64,000 nucleotides of DNA from Octopus bimaculoides (Eukaryota): NCBI RefSeq assembly GCF_001194135.2, contig NC_068982.1:161377523-161441522 (forward strand). The letters are read 5' to 3'. The notes beneath the pieces are model-generated. The model ran no database searches. It saw nothing but the letters and a program-made list of their open reading frames with translations, and had not been told where the DNA came from. This document shows, in pieces, positions 25,502 through 39,627 of this stretch. The number at the start of each line of letters is the position of its first letter. Position 1 is the first letter of the stretch. A program made the translations under genes and the position numbers.

Positions 25502-28500
25502 TTCAACACCTTAAAATGAACAATAGATCCAGCAGCTTCATAAGAGATTTCAGTTTCAATTCTGAGTCTAATTTATAAATAATTAATTTTACCTGAAGAA
25601 TACTGTATAAAACATTGAACACTTGTTAATGGTGAACATACAGTAGTTTTTTTTTTTTTAAATAAAATTAAAGTTTTCTTAAAAATCATGCCTTACCACC
25701 TCAACTTTCCTACCATATTACTATCTGAATGCTGACTATAAGAGGAATATTGTTTAGAATATATTCCTCCACTCCATCATTTTTGACTAATTACCCTTGA
25801 TTTTCTTAATACTTGTAAATTAAACCATAACCTATATCTACACTGGAAGTTGACAGTGGACCATTTGTTTTATATATTGTTACATTGTGTGTGACAGATT
25901 TTAAAATATATTCATATATTCCATTATAATTTTGAGAATTTTTTAGTTGTGTTCCAAACAATGTCTTATTGATGAAAAAGTTTACTAAATTCTTTCAAAT
26001 TCTTCATTATTTTCAAAATGAATTTAATCACAAAGATGGTGCAATGAATGTATCATTAGAAATATCACAAAAGGATAAATATAGCTAATATCTAAAATTA
26101 AACTTGTACTGTAAAGAAAGGTCTGACAAATTAATAGACTTGTTTTCAAATCTGTTTATTATAAGTAAAATTATTAGATTCATTACAAAATTTTAAAATC
26201 TGTTTTAATCAAATGCATAAAAATAATATTCAGTAAGGTCTCTCTCTCTTTTGAAGATAACCTAACAAGGAAATAGAAGCCTCTAGCAGCTACTGGAAGT
26301 AGCAACCAAATACAAGTTTATCAGGTCATCATGTGATGAAGATAGTTGATATAAGAGTTAAGAAGAAACTAAAGAGGGGATAATAGATCAGTGTTCTTTA
26401 TCCTATGAAAGTAGTTATTAGTATTTAATAGCTGAATGTATAGTCTCATACTTATGGCAATGAGTGTAATATATGTGTTGTTTAACCCTAAGTCAGCCCT
26501 GATCTAGTTGATTTACAACCAAAGTTGTTCCGTCTTTGACCATCCTACTTTTTATTCAGACATTTTTTCTAGTACTCTAACTAGTAGGTTGTTCCTTTAA
26601 GATAGCGGGATGAGGTTTGAGGGCAACTTACCTACTATTTTGAACAGTGTGACTGATAATCTAGGGGTTCCCTTATTGGCATGCAATGGCTATAGTTATT
26701 TGGCACTAGATCTGGTAAACGGTATTTCAGCCATTACCATAACTTTTTTTTTTTTTTTTTTTTTTTGTAAACTAAAACTGATTAGGTATTTTTGGAGGAA
26801 ATTTGGCTGCTTCTTTTAGATAATCCTTCATTGTGCTATAGTTGTTATTGTTTAACCTCAGCCAGTTAGAGCACTTATGAGTAAAGGTGTTCCTGAAGTG
26901 ACCCTATCTATTTTCAAAGATAAATATATCTAATACTAGCCATTATGCTCATACTTTAGGACCATATGGTGTGATTTGAAGTAAATGTAGCTGTTATTCC
27001 TAGTAGGTCAATCATTCTTATAGTGACCTCATTATGACTTGCTTAATTCCATTTCAGCCTTGATACAGTTCACTATGATCAAATGACTTCCTTATATAAC
27101 CATGCTTTTATTCAGACATGTATCTTCATTATTAGTGTTCTTCATTATTAAATACATTAGTGTGGGATGCAAGGGTTATTTGGCTGTTGTTTCTTACAGG
27201 TCGATATCAACAGTGTAATGGCTTCCTGGTTAGCTTGTGTGTGTATATTTTGTTCTATGGCTATTATATCTGATAGTATATAACACTGAAAGTGTTCTGA
27301 TATATATGATTGTGAAACAACCTTATATAAACAGTGTGTGTTAAAGACATAAAAGAAAAAAGAAAAACAATAATGCAGTGTGTAAAACAGTCTACTTTCA
27401 GCCAGACATTTGCCATTGGATAGAAGTGGTTGAGCTTCTCTGCTGTCAGTGCAGCAAAGGTGTAGCAGGATATAGCTATCATATAAATATATTCTATGAC
27501 AGTCTTGTATTCTAATCCCATCATACACAGCAACAAAAAATGTAGGCTATATTAATTCCTAGATTTTTTTTTTATGCGTACATTTGTGTGCAAGAACATG
27601 TTTTTATGGTTATGTAATTTTACACTTAGTATCTCATTTTTAATGATTGTTGAAGTTAGCTACTTAACCAATATCAAAAATTTCTCAGACATTTTAATAT
27701 CATCTGCTTTATGAGAAATTTAGTAGTTTTTGTCCTGTGTCTAGAGACACACATTGTTTGTAGAAGCTTTAGTGTTTGATGCTTCTGTTACAATTTCTTT
27801 CGTCATTTAACATCCATGTTCCACACTGGCATGGGTTGGACAGTTTGACAGTACCCAATGGGTACAAGGACTGCCTCATACTTTNNNNNNNNNNTAGGCA
27901 AGTATACTTTTGAAATGGAAATAAACAGTTATATACTGATGTAATAATATATATTTATGTTATAAATAGTATATGTACAAATTCCTAAAGTAATATTTTC
28001 TAGTCCATATTTAATAATCTAAAGTATTTGTAAGTTGACTTCTTTTCTGTTTTTGTAATACAACTTTGGGAAGCACCCCCACTTCCACCCTTCCTCATAG
28101 TTTTGCAATCTGATACTGAAAAACATTCTCTAAAGTATTTTTCTAATGCTCTTCCTTCTACTTCCACATACAGCTTTCATGCACATACAACAATAACCTT
28201 CCCACCACTACCAGTTATAAATATACACATTACTAAAGGTATGATGACAATAACTTCATACAATAATAAAGTGTTAAGTAGTCTGTCAAGCTAAAATTAT
28301 AATATTCATAGTTATCCCACTTCTGTATTGTTTTACAATTTACAAGAAGTATCTACAATTTATCTATATAATTATTCCCTGTGAGATCCTGCAAGTCTGT
28401 ACTTGTGAAGATATTTCTGATTTTTTATTGATTTTTCAGAAATGTATATTACAAGAAAGTATTTATCAAACTGTAGTTAATATGTCATAGTTTAGCATAT

Positions 28501-31500
28501 AAACTTTTCTTGATTGAGAATTGAATAAAAACTCTTTTCCTTCTCTGCAAATCTCACTCATAATATGTGTATTTTATCAGTGTAAATAGCAATTTGATAA
28601 ACAGATTGATAAAATAAGTACTCAGATGGCTTATAACAGACCAAAAACCCTTAAAGGCAGATATCAAGCATGGTAATAGTCCTATGACTGCAACTAGTAA
28701 AAGAATATATGTCCATATATTTTAAGAACATAACACCAAAGTTGATTATAGAAATGGTATCATTCTTAAACGACAGTTAATGATAATAATTACAATAATG
28801 ATGTAGTAATTAATTTATCTGAATATTGAGAGTTAAAACTTTGAAGTATAAACTGTATGGTCCTGAGGATGGGAATTAGCTGTCATTAGCGCATTGGATA
28901 GAAGCCCTTTTGATGTTCTGATCCAGGGTGATGTATTGGCAGAACTTTTAGAGCATTGGACAGGATGCCTTGAATCTGTTTCAGGTCTTTGCATCCAGGG
29001 TTCAAATTCCATCTCCTGTCACTAGCCTCCTTGTGATGGGAAACAAGTCTTTTAGAACCCAGCTAACAATAATAGTCTTCCAAAGTCAAACACTGATGTG
29101 CTGATTGGAGCAACCTCTTTGTCACATTAATAAAAAGTGAACAGTGTACAGTGTGGCAACACATTAGGTGGATATATAAAAAGAAAAACACTATGGAACT
29201 ACTTTCTATAAATATTCTGTAGAGGACATAGTTTCTATTTGTACATATCGAATGATAATTAGATTAGGTTAGCAGATGAAGAGGCTAAGGTGGGATGACT
29301 GTCTAGCAATGTTGGTAATTTTATATTTGATAAGTAACCTCAAGTGTTTGTGACACTGAAAGCTATAAATAACTAAATAGGTAAGAAAGATTTTCAATGG
29401 GAAACAGTAACTGATTATTAGAAAAGCCTCACATATAATTCATTTCTTTAATAGGTACTTATATAATCTGTCATAGTTACTGTGAATTAATTATATTACG
29501 ATTTTAAAAAATGTCAGAAACTGGTAAACGTTTTACTATTAAAATGCAATTGTAAATATTCAGTGTCTTACTGTAAAATATTTAAGTCACAAAGAATGAT
29601 TGGTTTCCTGATCTTGAGAAATAAATAGGTAACAACTTTTTCTCATTAAAAACCTCTGCTCAGTATTATAAGGGTTTTTCATGTTACTCTTTTTTTCTAT
29701 CTATCTTCCCAACAGTTTCAAATCTTATGTAAAATGCGAATTTATTGAAAGAAATGGATGAAAGAGACTTCAATTATATTTTAATTTCTGTCAAGCCACT
29801 AGTGCATCCAAATATTTCCTATATTCTGATAAGTAAAGTGGCCAATGTTTTATTAATTTGCTTTCATGTTCCCTATAAAGGTATAGTTTAATTTTTTTAG
29901 TATACTTTGTCAGTAAGAAATAGTCTTTTGAAATAAAAAAGTAGTTCAGTAATTAATACTTGAAAAGAATCATCCTTAATCAGTCAATCTGTTAGATTAA
30001 TTGATTCAGTGAAGTAGGCTGCAGCATGGACAGAAAAGACCTAGCAAAGGCTGCTTCCGAAAGGATAATCTTCAAGGACAAAACTTCATTTCTAATTAAT
30101 TACTGACTGCCAGGTGGTGCTATTAAGTTAGACATGGCCTGGGCCAATACTGGTTGAAACCTATCAAAGTATCTTAAAACGATCGTGACTTACACTACAA
30201 TAGTGTTTACATATAAAGGATTATCCTGATGTTATGCACAAAATTATTATAGACCACTTTCGAAAGCAGTTCACCCAACTGATTGACAAAGACTCACAAA
30301 TGAATACACTATAACACTAGGTTTTCTACCACTCCTCATTCCCTTGCAGTTCACACACCCTTTTCTCTCCTCGTCATGACTGTTGCTCACCAAATCTAGT
30401 ATTAAAATTTTTATGTTCAATTCTTCTTCCTCAAAGCAACAGCCTTCTAGAACTCCTGCTCTACTTACAGCTCTTCTACAGGCAGTTGAAACTGATTGTC
30501 AACTACAAGGAAACCTTTATAGCAATATCAAGAGTGGGGACCATGTTGTCCACTGGTGAAGTTTCACCCATTGTCAAATTTGAAACCAATTGCTGATCTT
30601 CCCTTAAAACCCATATGAATGAAAGTCTAAACATTACGACAAAACAGTAATGGTACATATCTGTATCTTTCATTGTAGAGAACCCCCACCCAACCACCTG
30701 CCACTCTAATTTCTGATGCGCTTGCAATGTACTCCTGGTACAAAATGGTAGCCAAAGCTGTTAAAAATAACTGCCAAATGTCTTTCAAATCACATCCTAC
30801 CTTGTTAAACAAAAAAAGACTACATTGATACATATAGTTTTAGCAACATTATCACCAAAAAAAAAAATAACTGGCTTGCTTTGATCAGGTCTGACTGTGG
30901 TTGAACAACAATCTAGGAGAGTTTAAAAGATCCTGGCTGCTGTCCTTCCTCCTCCCCTTTCCACTCAATTAGATGTCTGTCATGGTGAATATTGGTTGGT
31001 GTCAATCTACAGCGTAAAGTACAGTTCCTTGACTGGTGACATAAATGTTTCAACCAAAGTATGTTGGGTATGTTATGTGAAGAATTTTAATTAAAACAAG
31101 ACAGTTTGATGACAGTTAGCTATGGACAAATTAAAAATGCCTTTTATTTTTCAGTTAAAACTAGAGATCATGTTGATTGATTAACACTGCAGCAGTTGCT
31201 TTAGGAAAGTTCTGTTGAGAACTTAATGAAAAAAACAAAATCAGTAATTTCAAAGCTTTGTCTTTCTGACAATGGGACTCTTTTAAGGTTTGTCATTCAA
31301 GAATTTGATCTTAAAGGACTAGCTGGTGGAAATACTTTTCCATGTTGAGCCAAGAGCATGTTCTGTGTGGTTGTTTGACCTTCTAGAAATAGCAATCAAA
31401 TCTTTTTCAGATCACATCCTACCATATTAAAAAGAAAAAGACAAACTGGATAATGTTGTCTGAGATAAACTATATCCAAAAAGACAGAATGGTCATGCAT

Positions 31501-31669
31501 AGAATGCTCTATTAAGCAACCATTGTGATTGCTAAATGGTGTGGGGTTATTTCTTGTTTCGAAAAAATGTAACTATCAGACCAAATTCAGTTGTTACCTT
31601 TTTGATAAAGTTTTCCGTTAGACTTTCATTTTGGCATTTATTAGCTTTTTTTTTTTTTTTCTTTTAAAG

Positions 31670-31724
31670 GATGGGAGAGTGTTGTTTTGGGATACAAGAA
31701 AATCTCGTCCAGCCGCTATCATTG
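31670..31724 (+). CDS. WDR77: WDR77/MEP50-like internal exon
   Basis: T-rich tract + AG and GTAAGT donor. Encodes DGRVLFWDTRKSRPAAII, the WD end of a repeat (cf. recalled human DNRILLWDTRCPKPA). 55 nt, phase 0 to 1. Confidence 0.9.
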
Positions 31725-32542
31725 GTAAGTAAAACTTGTAAAGAATTTAACAACATTCTTGTGACCTATTTGAATTTTTTATTTTATTTTATTCCTTTCA
31801 CATTATTTTGAAATGTTAGAAAACTAGAATTATCATAAAACTTCATGAATTATATTATTTTTCAATATTTTTTTTTCTGCACCTTAAAAATCAAGATTAA
31901 GATTAAGGTTGAGTATATTACATGGTAATATAAAGTTTTTGAGACAATTTAGATGCCAAAATCAAGACATGTATTAAACATAGTTATTGTAACAGTTGTT
32001 CAAGCTCTCAATATCTAGGATAACATTCAGTTTACTGGTGTTTTATCAACTCTGGGAGGAGTAGGAGATAAAATGAATTTAAAAAATTGTTTCGTTCCAT
32101 ATAACATTACACAATCTATGCAGAGGATATGAATGCAAATATTCCATCAACTAGAAGATTCAGTACATCATCCACTTATCCATATATCATCACTGTTTAA
32201 CTTATGAATTGCTTGGCTACTGCCTGCACATTTTCATTCTGTGTTTAGTTTTTGAAAATTTGCTTTTCTTTCTTATTCATTCAACTGTATTATTGTATTT
32301 TAGTTTTCAGTTCCTTGATTTCAGTAAACCTGACACTTTATTTGTAATTTCTCAAAATAGTTCTAAAATCCATCAACACAGTTGCTTGTTTTTTGTTTTC
32401 TTAAGTACAATTTGAGTTTTTTCTGATAAGTAACATTTGAAAACTATATACCTATCTGAATGTATGGTATAAACATTCTGAATATTTTTAGTTTGGTTAT
32501 ATTCTGCATCAGTAATGAATAAAACACACACGCAATCACTCT

Positions 32543-32590
<48 letters not shown>

Positions 32591-32777
32591 TTCTAATATG
32601 TATGCATTGTTCAAGACAGCTGACATTTCTCACTTGCAGTATCTGGTATTAAATGAAAATAAAAGAATTTATGTTCCAGTAAAGTGAGGTTAAAATTAAA
32701 GTTGTGGAGAAGGATTGAAAGACACGAGAAAGGTAGAATCCAAAGACCCAATCTTCAGTGACCTGATGAGGCAAATG

Positions 32778-33394
32778 ATAATTTTTAATTTAGGCACAAG
32801 GCCAGGAGTGGATGCAAATCAGTCACATCAACCTTAGTAATTGGCTGGTAATTTTTATTGACATTGGCAGAATTTGAACTCAGAGTGTGAAATGCAAAGC
32901 ATTTCTTTCAACACTCTAACAATTCTGCCAACTCACTACCCTAATAACAATGCTAATAATAATAGTAATAAAACAATAATTATTTTTAATTCTATCTCAA
33001 GGTCAGCTATCCTAATAGGAAGTAGAGTAAGTCGATTACACTGACCTCAATACTCAACTAATTTTTATCAACCCACAAAAGGATGAAAAGCAAGACAGAC
33101 CTTGTTGAAATTAGAACTCAGAATGTAAAGAGCAGGAAGAAATGCTGCTAAGCATTTTGTCTGCACTAACGATTCTGCCAGTTCATCACCTTGAGTAGTA
33201 ATAATGATAGTAATTGTTTCAAATTTTTGGCACAGGGCCATCAGTTTTAGGAAGGGGTTTTATTTTATCAACTTGAAAAGGATGAAAGGCAAAGCTGACC
33301 TCAGTGGAATTTGAACACAGAGCAATAGAGAGATGGAAGAAATGCTGCTTAGCATTTGGTTCAATGGGCTAACATTTCAGCCAGCTTGCTGCCT
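32778..33394 (-). mobile_element. Three tandem family-B SINE copies
   Basis: Three successive reverse-complement heads (..ATTCTGCCAACTCACTACC ~32940, ..ATTCTGCCAGTTCATCACC ~33190, ..TTTCAGCCAGCTTGCTGCC ~33393), each with a GGCACAAGG-type 3' end, separated by (TAA)-rich spacers. Confidence 0.75.
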
Positions 33395-35524
33395 TAAAAA
33401 AATATTAAAATAATTTCTAATTTAAGCTCAAACCCAAATATTCTGTTGGATGGATTGTGTTTGACTGAAGTACTGCTCCAGTTCTTAGCTGATAATTTAT
33501 CAATACAGAAGAATGAAATATAAATTTTCAAATGGATATAAACTCAGAACATAAAAGGAATCTACATCGTTACCCACCTTACTGGAAATAGTAATCAGAT
33601 CACTTTAAAAAAGTACACACATCAGATAATGTCTTTTATTATTCACTAAGTGGTTATGGCTGAAATACTAGTTTGATTATGTTACTTACAAACCTGAAAT
33701 GTGTGTTGGGGAAGGAGGTTTAATGCTGCTTTCTTTCCTTATATATGCCCACATGAATTATCACAATGTGCTTTACACATACATGCAAGCATGCATGCAA
33801 ACACACACCTTTTTACATCTGCTTCTATACTGGCTCAAAGGACTTGCTCTCTTCCATTTTTGATAGTTTCTATGGCTGGATGCCCTTCAAAACTCTAACC
33901 ACTTTACAGAGTGTACTGGATACATTTTATGACAAAACTTGGCCCTTGCATGACTGAAGAGTTTGTTCTAATTTTTGTAAGACAAATTTGACAAAGTATT
34001 AATAGAAAAGGAGTGATGGAGTATGAAAAAGGAGATTGTATTAGTTTGTGGCATGGAAAACAGTTATAGGTTTTTAGATTAGGAAGTGATGGAGTAGAGT
34101 CAATAATAGTTTGTTCATAGTTTGTCAGTGGCTGAATAGAAAACAGCATGGGCAACAAGATAGAAAAGCAATAAAGATGTGTTACAGCAAGAGACTAAAT
34201 GATGGCTACCAACAGATATAGTGATGGTAAGAATGGTAGATATCAACTAACAGCCCATGGAAGAAAATGATGGTTGGTGGTACAGGATGATGTTAGGGGT
34301 AATGAGTATATCATCAACCTTTACAATTCTTTGTTCTCTTCATGAGGTGAGTCACTAACACATTATCCAATGTCTTCCTAGCTCTCTTTTTTTTTTTCCT
34401 ACTTAGCACTACTTAATGTGACTGTTAGCCTCTGTACATATCGCATTATCTGTACCAAAAGTCTGCTCTCTTGTTCCCTACTCTTATTCTTCTTATATTC
34501 AACTTTTCTCTCAGCTCATTTGTGCTTTATTGTTCAGGCATGCTCACATTACACATTCAGTGGGGTTTGCTTCATTCAGTTCTTTCTAGTGATTACAAAT
34601 CTTCTGTTTTCAAAGCCCATGTATGATATGCAGTGCACTTTTTACCTAAGCATCATATAATCTACCATTCAGCCTGAGAGAAACACACAATCTACAGTTT
34701 CGATTTACCAAATTCACTTAAGGCTTTGATCTGTATGATAGTAAATGAGTCTTGCCCAAGTATTCTACAGTGAGATTGAACCTGAAAGCCACATGGTCAG
34801 GAAATGCACTGCTTATAGCCGTCTCTCTCTCCACGTCATATAAAATATTGACTTTTTAGTATATTTAATTTTTCTACAGCAGACAAAAAGGAATAATTTC
34901 TACATGATCACATGGTTAATTTTTATTATAGTGGATTAAATGACTCTAATATATTACTGGTGCTTATTTAATAAAATCCAGCAAATAAAAGAATAAAACA
35001 TTAAGAACTACAAAATAAAAATGTTTTAATAGAAATGTCCTCAACTTCAAGTATTTTCTTTGTCTTGTGTCAACTGGTGCAAAGGATATTGGAGATGAAT
35101 ATTTTAGATGCTATATTAATAAAATTATTTTAAAGGCAATTGTAGTTTATTATTATTATTTTTTTTTTTATACAATTGGAGAGGTTGTGCTCTCTGAATA
35201 GTTTTGAGGTGAGTGTAGTGTGTGGAATGGTACTTGAGTTGAGTTTAGTTTTTACAGAATCATAAATCCCTTTCTCTCAAGATACTAAAATTTGGTTAGA
35301 CTCCTTTTCTTTACATGTTTTTTTTTTTTTTTCTCCTTTGTGGGGGGTGGTTCTGTATTTTCTGGAAAAGGCTTTGAAGTGTAATTTGCCAGTTTTAAAG
35401 AAATATTAAAGCAGCAGCGAGTAAGAAATGGACAAGAAAGAAACTATCCTACATTTAGTTACAGTCTTTCTATATTCCTTGCTATATTTAGCTATATTCC
35501 TTCACATTTAAAGTTTAGATCAGA

Positions 35525-35847
35525 CGTTGGGACTCACAGAGGGGATGACAAGGGACCAAGACTCCTGGCAGTTTGCTGTACTTGAAAAGACATGTGAAGC
35601 TAAGTAAAAGTGTGGTTGCCTTTGCAGGCTCACAAGTACTGGTGCTATGTAAAAAAGCACCCATACCAATGCTGCATAAAAGCATTCAGTACACTCTGTA
35701 AAGTGGTTGGCATTAGGAAGGGCATTCAGCCATAGAAACTATGCCAAAACAGATGTGGAGCCTGAACAGCCCTTCAGCTGGTCAGCTCCTGTCAAACCAT
35801 CCAACCCATGCCAGCATGGAAAACAGACATTAAATGATGATGATGAT
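35525..35847 (+). mobile_element. Isolated RTE 3' tail (representative; related copies at ~5280-5468+, 8935-9060-, 15040-15180+, 22830-22975+, 24085-24333+, 27800-27880-, 33840-33955-, 42515-42752+, 47812-48044+, 52798-53090-)
   Basis: Shares AAAAGCACCC...GTGGTTGGCATTAGGAAGGGCAT...CCAACCCATGCCAGCATGGAAA and the (GAT)n tail with the RTE copy ending at 17635. Confidence 0.8.
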
Positions 35848-38800
35848 CCTCTCCTTCAGTTTTGCTTTTTACTGTTTTAGAACTGATGAGGACCAATGGT
35901 GTAGTGAGTCAGCTTTATGCAAATATGTGACCTTGTATCAGTGTGAAAAACCATCATCATTATTATAGAGATTTAAGAGAGGATATGACTAACAATGGCC
36001 GATTAGCAATGCTGATAGGCAAGGACAATCTCAGTATTGTTCTCTGGGGGACTTTCAGATTGGGGATTATGGACAATTTCTTAAATTCCTTGACCTAGCA
36101 GTGCTACAAGGTAATAAGTATAATGTATCATCTTTGACTGTATCATCCAACTGGCACACCTTGTTCATGATGGTTTGATGTTACATGAGGCAGATTTGGC
36201 TACTGTTTCTAGCAGGTTTAATGATGACAGAGAGGCTCCTTCAGTGTCACATTACATCTTGTTTTCAGGACTACATCATCTTGTAACAAGGACTAAGGAC
36301 TACATAATCCAATGTGTTTATCTTTTTTCGTTCAAAGATGGTACAGTGATTTGAGTGGCTGCTATTTTTAGCAGGTCAAACAACCACTAGTTTACACTAA
36401 TTATAAGTATCTCCTCTCAACTGCTACAAAATATTTATTAGCAGATGTTTAAGTTTTGTCTCTCTCTCTCTCTCTCTTTTTTTTTCCTTTTTTTCTTTCT
36501 TTTTTTTTTTTTTGCCAGCTGAGAATCATCAATCCTTAATGACTTCACAAGATGTGCTCCTCATGTCGGACAAACCATTTAAAACTTGCTTTCAAGTGAT
36601 CATTTTTTTTTTTTTTTAATGTAGTTCCTCAACTGAAGTCAAAGAGTACACCACTAATATACATCTCATATCTTTGCTATTCCAGTTGTTTAAGGGGGGG
36701 GGGGTATAGAGTATTTTCCTCTATTCTTCCTTTTCTCTTTCGTTCTCTTCCACCTTTTTTCCTTTCCCTGTTTTCTATCTCCTCCCCACACACATTCTCA
36801 ACATCTCCCTCCCACTTTCTCTACATTACTCAGTACCTTGATCACTAAACTAATGCCAATTACATTAGTGTTTGGTCCCTTAATCTCTCTTTATATCTCA
36901 TCTTGTAATGAGAGATACCTGATTTATCTCTCACTACTTCCTTATGGTTGCAGGTGGGTAGTAAGTGTGGTGGTTTTTAGAAAGTCCTCACTTGGAGCGG
37001 ATCCTAGTTCATAGTCAGACAACATGTAACTTGGCAGGCAGTCATTCTACAGCAATAATATATTTAAAATCTTACAAATGTTGGTAATCACAGTGCCACC
37101 AATAACATTGCTTATGTATGGATTGTGGGGAGCTCATAAACAGACACCTTTTGAAATTATATATACATACATACACATACTCCCTCCTCTCTCTCACTCA
37201 CACACACACACACACCAGTTTAGTTTTCTCTTGGGAATTTTGTATATTTCAAAATGGAGTTTTCCTCATCAAAGATTTATGGCCTTGCAAAATGTTTGTG
37301 TGGGAGGAAGGCCGTTGCAATATCATGTTGCTCAGCTCTGGATTAACCTTAAATTAAGTTGAGTTATCGTCAAAAGTATTCATTTCAGCCATGACTATAA
37401 TGTCTTTTTAGGAATGTCTAGGATTATATTATTCCATGTGGGGTTTTTTTGTGGTTATTTTTATTCAAGAAGGAAGTGTGCAATATGAGGGAAAGTTGAT
37501 TGTTGTTTGTATTAAAAGTGGCCACTTAGTTTGTTTGTTGGATTGTCTCTTATTTTTAGAACTGTTTTCTAGATCATGCAGTGATCTGAGTGATTTTCAG
37601 CAGGTCTAGCAACCAAGTACCTTCTTCATTGGCTCATCCTAGTCTTGCTTTCAGGACTACATTATCTTGCATCTGGGCCTATGTTATCCAATTTGTCCCA
37701 CTTTTTCTAGAGAGTAAGTTGATTTGAAAGAAATTTGGCTCCTCCTTTATCTTCAAAGTGTATCTATTGACAGCTATTTGTGGTTTCATGATTGTTTTCT
37801 TTTTTCGGCCAGCTGTGAACCATCAAACCATAATCATCATTATCATTTTTCATGTTGGTATGACCATCCCATAATATCTTCCTCATATTTTAAGCCAAAC
37901 CATTAAAGATTTGATACCAAGTTATGTTTCAATGTATTACTAAGGTCTCAGAGTACACTTCCTTGATAGACATCGCACATCTTCACTATTCCTCCTCTCC
38001 TTTTGTAATATTTCCCTCTATCTTGCCTTTCTCTTTTCTTTATGTTCTTCCTTTTTGTTAACCTTTAATCACTGAGCTTCCTTCACTGGTTCATGATTGA
38101 TAACCAAAGTAGAAAACCAGACTGAGTGGTTAACTTATAGTTCAACTCTTTCATTTTTGTCAGGGTCAGTGTTACTGATTGTTCTTACTAATAAGTAACC
38201 AGTAATATATCAAGTTTATTCTATCATCCACAAAACTTTTTATTGCTAGTGAAAAAGACAATGTTGATATTCAAAGCAAGGAGTTGTTGTAAACATAAGC
38301 ACAGGTGTGGCCCTGTGGTTAAGAGGTTTGCTTTTGGGTTCAGTTCCTCAAGCAAGTGACTTCCACTTTAGCCATGAACTGACCAATATCTTGTTTGTAG
38401 ATGAGTTTTTTGGTTGACAGAAATTGTGCAAAAGCCCATCATAGATACTGCATCTGTGGGGGTGTGCATGCATGGGCATCTTTTAAAAAAGTTTCTCTTA
38501 CTGTTGGATGACTAATGTCCCAGTAACTGAATGGTTTGATAGAAATAGGCCAATAAAAAAAAAAGTACTAGACTAAAAATATGAACAGGCATTAATTTGA
38601 TCAACTAACTTCTTGAAAGTGGCTATAGTCCAATGACTGAATGGAATAAGTTAAAGAATAAAAGAAAGAACTATAGATTTCAACTGTTAAATAGTATGAA
38701 ATCCCACTTAAAATATTCCATTGTCTCGAGGTTAAAAAAAATATTCTATCATCTTGAGGTTGATACAATCCTTCCAGAGTATCAACCCTCTGAAATCCAT

Positions 38801-39239
38801 CCCTGCCCACATTTTGTTGCTTCCTTTTATGAGTGATATGCATATCAGAAAAGTTGCAACAGAGACAAGTTTCTCTGTGAAACTTGGTCTCTGTTTTACT
38901 CATGTTATTAATAAGTGACACAGTCATTTATTCATAGAACAAAGCTTATAAGAAAAACTGATTAAAACAGTTGAGTATTCTGCTGGTATTGTATTTGCTC
39001 CTCATTACTGTATGATGTATAAAATAATACCAGGTGTATAACGTGGATCTATTCAAATGACTCTCAACCCTACGAATTTGTGAGTGTTCCAAAGTTAAAA
39101 TTCCTTAATATAGTTGCTATAAAGAACAGAACTGCCAGTAGCTATTCATTAGGGAGCCCCTGTCTGGTCACTTGACCTGCTATTCCCTCAAATCAAATCA
39201 CACCAACATTGCCTTTATTTATTTTTAGAAAGTATTAAA

Positions 39240-39627
39240 GGTGTAGGAGTGGCTGTGTGGTAAGTAGCTTGCTTACCAACCACATGGTTCCGGGTTCAGT
39301 CCCACTGCGTGGCACCTTGGGCAAGTGTCTTCTACTATAGCCTCGGGCCGACCAAAGCCTTGTGGGTGGATTTGGTAGATGGAAACTGAAAGAAGCCCGT
39401 CATATATATTTATATATATGTATGTGTGCCTGTGTTTGTCTCCCCCCCCCCCAACATCGCTTGACAACTGATGCTGGTGTGTTTATGTCCCCGTAACTTA
39501 GCGGTTTGGCAAAAGTGACCAATAGAATAAGTACTAGGCTTACAAAGAATAAGTCTTGAGGTCGATTTGCTCGACTAAAGGCAGTGCTCCAGAATGACTA
39601 CAGTCAAATAGCTGAAACAAGTAAGAG
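39240..39627 (+). mobile_element. tRNA-derived SINE (family A), full length
   Basis: GGTGTAGGAGTGGCTGTGTGG A-box-like, GGGTTCAGTCCC B-box, internal (TA)/(TG) tract, conserved 3' part ending CTGAAACAAGTAA; closely similar to the 50936 and 55967 copies. Confidence 0.88.

Noticed and set aside
30000-30830. Slightly GC-richer stretch with short minus-strand ORFs
   Set aside because: No convincing transposase, RT or host-protein motif in any frame by eye.
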